IMG/VR virus record: IMGVR_UViG_3300013131_000036
Location: 1-64,000 of that record
Origin: a virus
DNA: 64,000 bases
Reading direction: 5' to 3' (one strand)
Shown: positions 49,813 through 58,633 of the stretch, one piece after another
How positions within the stretch are numbered: the first letter of the stretch is position 1
Layout of the letters: each line of letters opens with the position of its first letter
Notes under the pieces: generated by a model
The model's input: the letters and a program-made list of their open reading frames with translations, nothing else
What the model was told of the DNA's origin: nothing
Databases searched by the model: none
Translations under genes and position numbers: made by a program

Positions 49813-50668
49813 TGGCAAACCCCCGGATATTTTCATTAAGATCCTCGATCACATATTTTGGTTTGTATCCAAGACTTTCAATTTTTTGACAAGAAAGCAT
49901 GCAATTACTACGATTAACTCGGAAATTCATTTCATCATAACCCAATATTTTCCAGTTTTTATTTTCCAGACCATGCTCTTTCAAAAGCTGGATCACATCC
50001 TGTCCACGGACCACACCGTTGTTGACCACATTGTAAACGCCCGGTTCCGGTTTTTGTTCCAGATTAATGAAAAAATCCGTGAATTCGTTCAATAGATTCA
50101 GGCTGGTGATGCTGTTTTTCAGACTGATCAGATTGTCATATTTCAAAAGTTTATAAAGATAATTTTTGGTTGTGTAACTTTCATCATAAGGAATGCGAAT
50201 GCGGAATGTGTAGCACGGATAATCTTCCAGTTTTTCCTCGCAAAGATGTTTAGTTTTACTGTAAAAACTGCTGCGATTGCTGAATATACCAAAATTAGGC
50301 ATGTCATATTCGCTGTAAATTTTGTCCTGATGATCATAAATGCAACCACTGCCAATGTTGATGAAAGGCACATCCAATTCTTTGCATACTTTGGCAATGC
50401 GAACCGGAACCAAAACATTCCAAAAATAACAATCTTGCCAATTGGTTTCACAACCTTCCACGTTGGGTGAACCGGTATAGCCTGCCGCACTGATCAAATA
50501 ATCTGGTTTTCCCTTTTTCAGGTATTCCCGAAGTTTTTCTGGTTGGGTATAATCCAAAAATTCCCGGCGAACCATGTCCACGGTTTTTACATGTCCCAAA
50601 CTTTTCAGTTTGGCCGACATGCTTTTTCCCACAAATCCCCCTCCCAGGATCAGCGCATTGTTAATCAT
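49778..50668 (-). CDS. NDP-4-keto-6-deoxyhexose epimerase/reductase (RmlD / NRS-ER-like SDR)
   Basis: ILGGGFVG, AAGYTGSPNVEGCE, GSGCIY and SFYSKTK (YxxxK) motifs. Confidence 0.82.
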   Translation of the reverse strand: MINNALILGGGFVGKSMSAKLKSLGHVKTVDMVRREFLDYTQPEKLREYLKKGKPDYLISAAGYTGSPNVEGCETNWQDCYFWNVLVPVRIAKVCKELDVPFINIGSGCIYDHQDKIYSEYDMPNFGIFSNRSSFYSKTKHLCEEKLEDYPCYTFRIRIPYDESYTTKNYLYKLLKYDNLISLKNSITSLNLLNEFTDFFINLEQKPEPGVYNVVNNGVVRGQDVIQLLKEHGLENKNWKILGYDEMNFRVNRSNCMLSCQKIESLGYKPKYVIEDLNENIRGFANAVKNIQADQA

Positions 50669-51023
50669 CGTTGCTTTTTGGTTTAATATTGTTTTGGGAT
50701 TGGTAAAAGAACCGGTTAATGGCCGCGCTCAAAGCATCGGCATCTTTTTGGTCTTTAGCATGAATAAAATTGATTTGGCTGTTAAGCATGTCATAGCCAA
50801 TGATAATGAAACAATCCAGATATTCGCTGATGATGCTGTCCAAGTGTGAAATGTCAGTGGCCCGTTCATTTTTCAGTTCCAGTTTTTGTTGCAGATAATT
50901 GTGCAACGTGCTTTTAATCAGATTCTCCATGTTTTCCGGACGAACCGAAGCTTCAGGTTTTTTACCAGAAAGAGGATTAGATGCTGTTGACTGTTTGTTG
51001 CTCTTCTTGCGCGGACTTTTCAC
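50661..51023 (-). CDS. Hypothetical protein
   Basis: 120 aa; GTG start 6 nt after TAAATA. Confidence 0.6.
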   Translation of the reverse strand: MKSPRKKSNKQSTASNPLSGKKPEASVRPENMENLIKSTLHNYLQQKLELKNERATDISHLDSIISEYLDCFIIIGYDMLNSQINFIHAKDQKDADALSAAINRFFYQSQNNIKPKSNDD

Positions 51024-51381
51024 TGATAGTATTTACCGGTTTTTTGAAAAATCTACTATTCTTTGCATTATTACCAATACCTTTTTCGAGCAACAATAAT
51101 ATGACACTTTCAATGCTGTCGGTTCTGAGACTGAAGTTTTTTACAAACCGAATGCCCCCGTCATTGATTTCAAACATGATGTCTCCGTTAAAGTCTTTGT
51201 TTTGATAACAGGTGATGAACGTGCTGCTGTTACAAGGATCCACAATGATGGTCCACAAACGAGTGTCCACCTTTGCATATTGCTGGAAAACTTTCCACAC
51301 GATAAAGCCATTATCGCGAAGACGTTTGATGAAATAGCTGGGAGTACGAACCTTGTTTTTGCTGATGCGTTTTTTATTCAT
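50977..51381 (-). CDS. Hypothetical protein
   Basis: MNKKRISKNK..., ATGA-coupled to the clamp gene. Confidence 0.6.
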   Translation of the reverse strand: MNKKRISKNKVRTPSYFIKRLRDNGFIVWKVFQQYAKVDTRLWTIIVDPCNSSTFITCYQNKDFNGDIMFEINDGGIRFVKNFSLRTDSIESVILLLLEKGIGNNAKNSRFFKKPVNTISEKSAQEEQQTVNSI

Positions 51382-52112
51382 TTGATCAGGCAAGGAACAA
51401 CATAAGACATTTTGATTCCGTCTGTTTCATATATTAGATTTACTAGGCTGCTGGCTTTATGAAAGCGAAATTTTATTTTTTCTATCTTATTTGACAAAAT
51501 AACCCGGATTGGATCCAACGGAAGAATAAAATCCAAATCTCCCTTAGAAGAAGGAACGTTTTCAATGGTGCGGGTGAATCCGTCCGATTGATTTTTTTGG
51601 CGATCAGAAAGCTCAATGGTCAGGTTATTATTTGCAAAATTAAAATATAATTTATTAAGATCTGGATAAATGGCACTTGCCTTTATTATTTCAAAAAAAA
51701 CATCCGTGTTCAGGTCGATTTCCAAATCAAAATCCAAAGAGTTTATTTTTTCAAAACTTAACCGAGGTTTGTTCACAACCTTGGTGTCATACAACTGCAT
51801 CATGAACTGATTGGCGGTGTCTTTGTATGAAAGATAATTATGTTCCAGTTTGAAACTGACCACATCTTTTTGCACAAAATCCAGGGTCTTTATGAACCGG
51901 GAAAGATCAATGAACGCCAGTTCTTTTTCATCCTTGATATCCGTATCAATGTTTCCGGTGGCTTCCAGAAACAAACTGCCATCCGGATAACTGCTTTTGG
52001 CTTGTACTTGATCCGGTTGAATTTTAAGGATGCATTTTGGGTTCAGCTTTAGTAGCGGCTCCAAAAAATATCGGCAAAACTTGTTTTTATTTTCAATCGT
52101 GAATCGGTTCAT
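51378..52112 (-). CDS. gp45: Sliding clamp (gp45/PCNA fold)
   Basis: 244 aa with a repeated alpha/beta clamp pattern (LAFIDLSRFIKTL, ending SYVV); replication context. Confidence 0.65.
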   Translation of the reverse strand: MNRFTIENKNKFCRYFLEPLLKLNPKCILKIQPDQVQAKSSYPDGSLFLEATGNIDTDIKDEKELAFIDLSRFIKTLDFVQKDVVSFKLEHNYLSYKDTANQFMMQLYDTKVVNKPRLSFEKINSLDFDLEIDLNTDVFFEIIKASAIYPDLNKLYFNFANNNLTIELSDRQKNQSDGFTRTIENVPSSKGDLDFILPLDPIRVILSNKIEKIKFRFHKASSLVNLIYETDGIKMSYVVPCLIK

Positions 52113-52527
52113 TCAAAAGGTTCTTGATGTTACTTAATGCCGAAATAATATTGTCAATTTCCTTTTTCACATCCCCGCTATTTTTTATTCCCAGTTCTAT
52201 CCGAGTTTGTGGAGGTGTAACCGGAAGAGTGGCAACCGGAATGGTATGGGGAATGTTCAATCCGGCATTCACAACGGTTGCTTGTGGAATGGGCTGAATT
52301 TCGGGTTGTTGTACCGGAGGAGCCGAAGGAAGAACCGGCATTTCATTTGGAAGCAAATTCATGCTGGCATCATGACTCATGCTGAAAACATTTTTGGGAT
52401 TGGTTTTCACAGCCTTGAGACTGTTGCTTCCCAAATTGTTTTTATCTATTTCATTCAATTGAGCAAGGGTATTGCCCAAGAAATTATAGACCACGTTGGC
52501 GATGCGTGGATCGATCTGCTGGCTCAT
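52093..52527 (-). CDS. Hypothetical protein
   Basis: 144 aa with a Pro-rich middle; coupled to gp32. Confidence 0.6.
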   Translation of the reverse strand: MSQQIDPRIANVVYNFLGNTLAQLNEIDKNNLGSNSLKAVKTNPKNVFSMSHDASMNLLPNEMPVLPSAPPVQQPEIQPIPQATVVNAGLNIPHTIPVATLPVTPPQTRIELGIKNSGDVKKEIDNIISALSNIKNLLNEPIHD

Positions 52528-53405
52528 TCAGTTGTTTCCAGACCATCCAGAAGATCCTTGATCAAATCTTCTTCGTTGCTTTCCTTCTTGGAAGAAATGG
52601 TGGTTTTGACCTGAACCTTTTCCTCGACAAGATCACTGTTGTTGGATGCGGCATCCTTCTTTTTTGACGGAGCAGGAGAAGTGCTGATATTACAGAAGAA
52701 ATGTTCGTCCAGAAGTTTCTGCAGTTCGTCCTGGCTTTTCTTCTGGTAAACAGCTTCCAGATCAAAAACCGATTCGTATATTTTTTCCTGGGCTTTATTG
52801 TCCAGATTTTCAATTGCCTTGGGGCTTGTGAACCGGCTGCTGCTATAGTTGGGATATTCGCCTTGGGCTTCCACCTTGATTTTCAGATTGCAACCCCGCT
52901 CAGAAAGATCAAAAATACGATCACCCAAATCTTCACTCTCCTCTCCGCTGATGGCATCCATGATAATCTTGTGTAGTTGTTTTCCAAAACGAAGAATCAT
53001 GACCTTGCCATTGTTGCCTTTGTTGACCGGATCATCAACCACAAGAATGTTGGCCAGCCACTTTTCACTTCGCTTGATTTCAGATGCCTTGACCTTGTCT
53101 GCATCATTGTTGCTCTTGTAAAGCATTTTATACCGGGTTTGACCGATGGGATCTGCTTCACCCCAAGTGGTGGGCGACAATGCGCTCACAAACTGACCCG
53201 TGGCGAAACTTGTCCAGCCATGCTGCACATGATGAAAAAATGTCTTTTTAGCATCCTTAAGATTCGGAAGAAGGCGAACAACATAAGTGTTGCCCTTTTC
53301 CAGCTTCAAAATATGCTTGTAAAGACCGCTGTTTGAGGAGCCCTCCGTTTTCTTGGTGAGGGATTCCTTAAGTGTCTCGAACATTGATGATGTGAATTTA
53401 CTCAT
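52524..53405 (-). CDS. gp32: Single-stranded DNA binding protein gp32
   Basis: VRLLP, ANILVVDDP..N.GKV..LRFGKQL, G.NLKIK and YPNYSSSRF motifs; acidic tail. Confidence 0.9.
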   Translation of the reverse strand: MSKFTSSMFETLKESLTKKTEGSSNSGLYKHILKLEKGNTYVVRLLPNLKDAKKTFFHHVQHGWTSFATGQFVSALSPTTWGEADPIGQTRYKMLYKSNNDADKVKASEIKRSEKWLANILVVDDPVNKGNNGKVMILRFGKQLHKIIMDAISGEESEDLGDRIFDLSERGCNLKIKVEAQGEYPNYSSSRFTSPKAIENLDNKAQEKIYESVFDLEAVYQKKSQDELQKLLDEHFFCNISTSPAPSKKKDAASNNSDLVEEKVQVKTTISSKKESNEEDLIKDLLDGLETTE

Positions 53406-53411
53406 GAATTT

Positions 53412-53438
53412 ATCTTAACATGCAAGTTTATATGTCAA
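53412..53438 (-). promoter_or_regulatory. Sigma70-like promoter upstream of gp32
   Basis: TTGACA-N15-TAAGAT with an extended -10 TG, 6 nt before the ATG. Confidence 0.55.
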
Positions 53439-54064
53439 CCAAGAATCTTTTTATTTAAAATACTTTTTACCAACATTCTTCCGTGTTTGCTACTGGCAAA
53501 TTTTATATTATATAATTCATAATTCTCATAAATGTCTGGTACTATGAATCTTAGGAGATTGGAATCAAAACTGAAAAATGCCTTATGAAAACCATCCAAA
53601 CCCAAAAGAAAATAAACTGAAACCTTTTTGTTTTTCAAATGTGTTATAAAAGAAGGAACTTTGTCTTTTTTGTATTCAAGATATTCTGAAAAGTTTATGC
53701 CGTTTTCTTTCAAAAATTTCTTGATGAAACTGGCAGAATTTTTTATTTTGACAAGATTACGGGAATTGTCCGGACCCAGCATGAGCAATTGTTTTTCAAA
53801 ATCACTGTAACTTTTCACTGCTTTTCTGGAAAGATAATAATCAAAAGCAAAATATTTTGTGTCAGGATACAGAAAATAAGGAGCTTCAAAAAAATCGTTG
53901 ATGTCAATGTCGTAAGAATCAAAAAACAATTTTATTCGTTCAACCTTGTTTTTGACTTCCTGGGGTAACGTATCGTAGTTTTTACGGGCCCGGTAAGGAG
54001 CGGAATTGGCAGTGCGATATGCTCGAATGAACGAGTTGTAAATGTCCAGCAAATCGTTTTTCAC
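53435..54064 (-). CDS. Hypothetical protein (gp59 helicase-loader position and size)
   Basis: 209-aa basic helical protein directly upstream of gp32; no diagnostic motif. Confidence 0.35.
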   Translation of the reverse strand: MKNDLLDIYNSFIRAYRTANSAPYRARKNYDTLPQEVKNKVERIKLFFDSYDIDINDFFEAPYFLYPDTKYFAFDYYLSRKAVKSYSDFEKQLLMLGPDNSRNLVKIKNSASFIKKFLKENGINFSEYLEYKKDKVPSFITHLKNKKVSVYFLLGLDGFHKAFFSFDSNLLRFIVPDIYENYELYNIKFASSKHGRMLVKSILNKKILG

Positions 54065-54333
54065 GAAAGCTTCAGCTTTTTATTCTTATTTAAAAACTTG
54101 GTTATGTATTTTGATTTATGGAGGTTGGGATCAAAATTAATAAAAATCTTCACACACTCATGATCAGTTTCCACATGCAACAATTGCTTGAACAATGTTC
54201 TGTAGTTTTTATTTTTTAAAAAAGCTATGAAAACATTTGGAAGATTCAGCTTCTTTTCTGCCAAAATACACATGAGACTGCAGAAACAAAGAAAGTAATA
54301 TTCTGTTTCTTTGTCTATGATGGTCTTTTCCAT
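54061..54333 (-). CDS. Hypothetical protein
   Basis: MEKTIIDKE..., 90 aa, coupled to neighbours on both sides. Confidence 0.55.
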   Translation of the reverse strand: MEKTIIDKETEYYFLCFCSLMCILAEKKLNLPNVFIAFLKNKNYRTLFKQLLHVETDHECVKIFINFDPNLHKSKYITKFLNKNKKLKLS

Positions 54334-54334
54334 A

Positions 54335-55186
54335 TCAAATCTTATTGAACCGACTGGATAATTCAACAAATTTTTCGGTAACTTTTCCTGCTGCAAAGTT
54401 TTTATATCCATGTCCATCCAAAAATATTTTGGCAAAAACACCGCAATTAAAGTTTGATTCTTTATTTCTGTTGATTCGAACACAGACAGAAAGGTTGTTT
54501 TTGTTTATGCTCACGGCCGCATGGGTATCATATTTTTTGCAAAATTCTGCACAAATCTCATTTATTGCAAAATCAGCATAAAAAATTATTATATTAAAAT
54601 TTTTTGTTTTGAGCAGGTGAGGTTCTGCGTTCTTCATGGCTTGCAGCATTTTATCCAGATAAAGACGCACCATGTTCTTTTCTTCGTTTGTGAATTCCCG
54701 GTCACCCCCTTCAAATGCAGAAATAAACTTTTCCAGTTTGTTTCCAGTATAAGACCAAAAGACCATGTTTAAAAACAATGATTTTTTGTGCAAAAGATTA
54801 TAACTGTCATAATCATTGATATATTCCAAAAGCTTTTTTTGGTTGTCATTTAATTGTGGTTTGAGACTATCTGCAAAAAGTTTGGTACAAGAAGGTTCCT
54901 GTTTGGTTATGATTTTACAATTTTTACCGGAAACATTTTCCAGTAACTCATGGTGATGTATGAACAATGCATTGGATCGATCCGCCAAATCAATATGCTT
55001 TTGATCAAAAGCCATGTCACAAACAACAAGGGGAATTCTTGGGTCGCTATTTTTTATATCTTCGGAAAGATTCTCTTCGTTTGTTGGAACAATATCATAT
55101 TCCTGATTGGGCGAGGACCATTTGGCTACCAGGCAGCAACCGGCCCCGTCTAGATCAAAATCACAAAGTATGCGGGTCTTTTTCAT
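54335..55186 (-). CDS. DHH-family phosphoesterase (degenerate motifs)
   Basis: DFDLDG, VCD, IHHH, INDYD and GHG...AAG motifs. Confidence 0.7.
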   Translation of the reverse strand: MKKTRILCDFDLDGAGCCLVAKWSSPNQEYDIVPTNEENLSEDIKNSDPRIPLVVCDMAFDQKHIDLADRSNALFIHHHELLENVSGKNCKIITKQEPSCTKLFADSLKPQLNDNQKKLLEYINDYDSYNLLHKKSLFLNMVFWSYTGNKLEKFISAFEGGDREFTNEEKNMVRLYLDKMLQAMKNAEPHLLKTKNFNIIIFYADFAINEICAEFCKKYDTHAAVSINKNNLSVCVRINRNKESNFNCGVFAKIFLDGHGYKNFAAGKVTEKFVELSSRFNKI

Positions 55187-56547
55187 TCCATAAGATCGTT
55201 AAGACTGTTTTCTGTGCTGGAAACGGCATCTGTGGAATCTGTTTTCACTTCTTCCCGGATTTGCATGGTGGAATAATCTATCGCAAAAGAAGCAGTTCCA
55301 AAAACCGGACCCTGTCGGTTCTTTTGAATTCCTATGTTGATTCTTCCCAGTTCTTCATCCTCTTTTTCCCGCCAAATGCTGAACATACAATCTGCTGTCA
55401 TGGCCAATCCCATACTTTCACTGGTGGTTTCTAATCCGGGATTGCTTTGATTAAAGGCATTTCGGTTCAATTGAGTGGCGGTAATGACCGGAACATTGAA
55501 CACGTAACTGACAGAACGCAGCTGTTCTGTTATGTGTTTGATTCTTTCATAGGAATTGTTTCCAAATGATGTTGTGAAAAGATTCACATAATCCACAACA
55601 ATCACGTCTGGTTTGATTCCAGTCTGGACCAGTTTCTTCACATAACCAATAAGATTTCCGATAGTGATTGTGCTGGGGGGAAATTCCTTGATGATCAGTT
55701 TAGCCTTGGGATTTTCCCGCACATATTTGGATATGGCATCCCTTAAATCGTCCAATTTGTGTCTGAGCGAAAAAATTGGGATATTGGAGAAATTACCGCA
55801 AAGACGTTTGGCATACATGATTTCACTCATTTCCAGACTGACCAACAAAACTGTTTTTCCCTGAGAACATATGTTGCTGGCCAGATTACCCAGAACAATA
55901 CTTTTACCCACATTGGTTTGACCGCTGAAAACATACAATGCTTTTCCTTCTTGTAGGAATCCACCCCCAAGTTTTTCATCTATCCACTTGTATCCGCTGG
56001 AAATGTAATTTTCCACCTTGTTCAATTCAGTGGCCACCTTTTCAATGTGATTGAAATATTCCAATCCCAGGTCGTTGGTAAGACTGATGCTGCATGCTTC
56101 CTGTGTTTTTTCCAACAATTCGGATGCATCAATATTGTTCTTTTCGCTCATTTCAAGTGCCTGCATCATCACGTTGAAAATTGCTTTTTCTCTTAAAAAT
56201 ATCTCAGTGTTTTGAAAAAGCTCCTTTTCATTCAGGTTTTTGTCCAGTTTTGAAATTTCTTCCACAACATTTTTGAAAGAAATCTTAAGTTTATCATTTA
56301 CCAGATAGTTTTTTATCTCTGTTACAGTCGGAGGTGCATTGTGTTTTTCATGAAAATCCGTGATGATTTGCACAATATTCCGGATGTTTTCATTTTTAAA
56401 ATACTCCGGTTTCAAATATTGGGAAACTGTTCCCAGATATGAAGCGTCGGCCAGACACTTATAAATGATAAGTGGCTCGAATGTGTCCGCGTCGATTTTG
56501 TTTACTTTGACCATTTTTGCAGAAACCATTGTTGACCTTTTTGCCAA
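55183..56547 (-). CDS. gp41: Replicative helicase gp41 (DnaB family)
   Basis: GQTNVGKS, SLEMSE, IKEFPP, VVDYVNL, TATQLNR, SESMG and KNR motifs. Confidence 0.93.
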   Translation of the reverse strand: MAKRSTMVSAKMVKVNKIDADTFEPLIIYKCLADASYLGTVSQYLKPEYFKNENIRNIVQIITDFHEKHNAPPTVTEIKNYLVNDKLKISFKNVVEEISKLDKNLNEKELFQNTEIFLREKAIFNVMMQALEMSEKNNIDASELLEKTQEACSISLTNDLGLEYFNHIEKVATELNKVENYISSGYKWIDEKLGGGFLQEGKALYVFSGQTNVGKSIVLGNLASNICSQGKTVLLVSLEMSEIMYAKRLCGNFSNIPIFSLRHKLDDLRDAISKYVRENPKAKLIIKEFPPSTITIGNLIGYVKKLVQTGIKPDVIVVDYVNLFTTSFGNNSYERIKHITEQLRSVSYVFNVPVITATQLNRNAFNQSNPGLETTSESMGLAMTADCMFSIWREKEDEELGRINIGIQKNRQGPVFGTASFAIDYSTMQIREEVKTDSTDAVSSTENSLNDLME

Positions 56548-57209
56548 ACCTGATCCTCATAACTGCGAAGACCCGGACTTGCATGCAAAACCCATATGGG
56601 CCACACACCTATTTTATAATTGTATTTTTTTGCTTCAAGACAGGTATCAATATCCGTGAAGTGGGTGTGACAAGGATTGGTTTCATCAAACCGGAAGTTG
56701 CTGTTTATCCTGAAAAGCTTGGTGCGAAATGCCATGAAAAGGTTGTCGATAAGATCCACCTCACAGGGAGTCACTCCAAAACTGGTCATGAAGATGCTGT
56801 TGTTGTCGTGAGGATGTGCAACTGCTCCCCGCAAATTGGATCGATCACACATCAAATGCCAAAGAACCGGGGCCCGGATAACCGGACTTATTCCCCCGGC
56901 CAAACCAATAATGTCATATCCTGCTTCATTGCTGGCTTTGGTAAGCTTATGCACGATCCGAAGATCGTCTATGTAAACGTCATCATGAATGAAACATATG
57001 ATATCATGGCTATCCATATATTTTTGGACGGCCCGATTGTAAACAACACACAGTTTTTCTGTGTTGTTTTCTATGATTTCGTATTCTGCCCCGGGAACCT
57101 TGGTGATGCTTTTTAGAAACGATGTGCCGTCTTTGCTTCCACGGGTGGCACTAATGAAAATGATCTTTTCATTCTTCTGTTGCTGTGGCTGCGTATTTGT
57201 AGGCGACAT
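56502..57209 (-). CDS. GT-A fold glycosyltransferase (GT2-like); start uncertain
   Basis: VYNRA, ICFIHDDV, IIGLAG, FDE...HFTDID.CL and HASPG motifs. Confidence 0.75.
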   Translation of the reverse strand: MSPTNTQPQQQKNEKIIFISATRGSKDGTSFLKSITKVPGAEYEIIENNTEKLCVVYNRAVQKYMDSHDIICFIHDDVYIDDLRIVHKLTKASNEAGYDIIGLAGGISPVIRAPVLWHLMCDRSNLRGAVAHPHDNNSIFMTSFGVTPCEVDLIDNLFMAFRTKLFRINSNFRFDETNPCHTHFTDIDTCLEAKKYNYKIGVWPIWVLHASPGLRSYEDQVWQKGQQWFLQKWSK

Positions 57210-58236
57210 TTAATTTCTCCTGAAGAGTAGGTATAACATACTCTTCCCAAAAAGAAACATCATTTTTAAAATTTTTTCCATAACCCAGTTTTGTTCCGTC
57301 CGGTTTTGTATAAGTAGGTCCATTTTGAATAATAACTCCATGGTTTACTGCCATTTCAAGAAGACCGCTATATTTGTCCAGACCTGTTTTATAATTTAAA
57401 TAGATTGGAACCTCCAAAAACGGGGGAACAAAACGATTTTTCGTGGTCATGGCCCTAAGAGTCACTCCAGAATATTGTTTGGCTTCCGGAAGAATCTTGT
57501 CATCCTCGTTTTTGTCGTCTTGTTTCTCGTTTCGGCGGGCCAACTGCACAATCACACTGCTCATGTACAATGGACCACTACCCCCGCTTTGGTTTTTCAC
57601 CAAGCTGGGATACATGCTGGCAGGATCAGCATAGGTATGGTTACTGCAAAGAATGGTGACTCCTGCTTTTGCAGCCTTGTAGGTCAGAATACGCAGCATG
57701 CTCTTCAAACTTTTGGCTCGAAGACCCATGTCCGCCGCACTCTTGTCTTTTTCAACGTCAGCAACTTCCTTGCTACCGGCTAGATTGCCCAGACTATCAA
57801 TACTGATAATGAATTTGCCTTGAGCTTTCTTTTCAATCACATTGTCCAGGAACTTGCTGATTTGATTCTTGCATTCATCTACCGTGTAGATCGGACAATA
57901 CTTTGTCTTCTCTGGATCCAACCCCACGCTTTTACCACTTTCCGCGTCCACACTCATTTCACTGTCAAAAATGACAGGATACAATCCTTGCTTTTGCGCA
58001 ATACCAAGGATTTTGTTGATAAGAAGTGTTTTTCCGGTTTGTGATTCGCCGGTAAAAACAATGATTCTGCCTTTGGGCACTCCACCTTCCCGCAGTTTCC
58101 CGCTGATGATGGAATTCAGGGCATAACAACCTGTGTCATACCATGTATCAACATTGCTAAGAGTGTTGTCCGACAGATAAGCAGCTTCTGGATTAATATC
58201 ATCCAGACAACCTAGGATTTTATCCAGATCGCTCAT
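57169..58236 (-). CDS. uvsX: RecA-like recombinase UvsX
   Basis: DTG.YALN.IISG, GESQTGKT, FDSE, IDSLGNL, DMG.RAK, NHTY and KNRF motifs. Confidence 0.93.
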   Translation of the reverse strand: MSDLDKILGCLDDINPEAAYLSDNTLSNVDTWYDTGCYALNSIISGKLREGGVPKGRIIVFTGESQTGKTLLINKILGIAQKQGLYPVIFDSEMSVDAESGKSVGLDPEKTKYCPIYTVDECKNQISKFLDNVIEKKAQGKFIISIDSLGNLAGSKEVADVEKDKSAADMGLRAKSLKSMLRILTYKAAKAGVTILCSNHTYADPASMYPSLVKNQSGGSGPLYMSSVIVQLARRNEKQDDKNEDDKILPEAKQYSGVTLRAMTTKNRFVPPFLEVPIYLNYKTGLDKYSGLLEMAVNHGVIIQNGPTYTKPDGTKLGYGKNFKNDVSFWEEYVIPTLQEKLNVAYKYAATATEE

Positions 58237-58583
58237 CAGTCTTCGAATAAACGAACAACTTCGGGGTTAGAGGCAGGTGCCGGAGCAGTTGTAAAAATAC
58301 GGCTGTACTGCTCAATGATCCTTTCCTCAAGCTTGATATCCGTGGTCAGAACCAGCTTGTCCTTGGGGAAAAGCCAGGTACCAACCGTTTCACGAACCGA
58401 AGGGCTGATAAATTCCTTGAAAAACAAAGGAACTGTCTGGATACTGAGTTGTCCAGTAGCCTGGTTCGGTTGGACCAGAAGGATGGCGGGATTCTTCACC
58501 TTTAGGTTTCCGTTCTCCTCGCCAAGAACTTCACCAATGATTGTACGTCCGACATGATCTACGAATGGTTGAATTGAATTCAT
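58236..58583 (-). CDS. Hypothetical protein (possible Sm-like fold)
   Basis: GRTIIGEV....LKVKNPAIL pattern; start at ATG 58583. Confidence 0.5.
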   Translation of the reverse strand: MNSIQPFVDHVGRTIIGEVLGEENGNLKVKNPAILLVQPNQATGQLSIQTVPLFFKEFISPSVRETVGTWLFPKDKLVLTTDIKLEERIIEQYSRIFTTAPAPASNPEVVRLFED

Positions 58584-58633
58584 ACGAGCATTTAACCACA
58601 CGATTTAAAAAAGCAACAATAATAAATAATATT

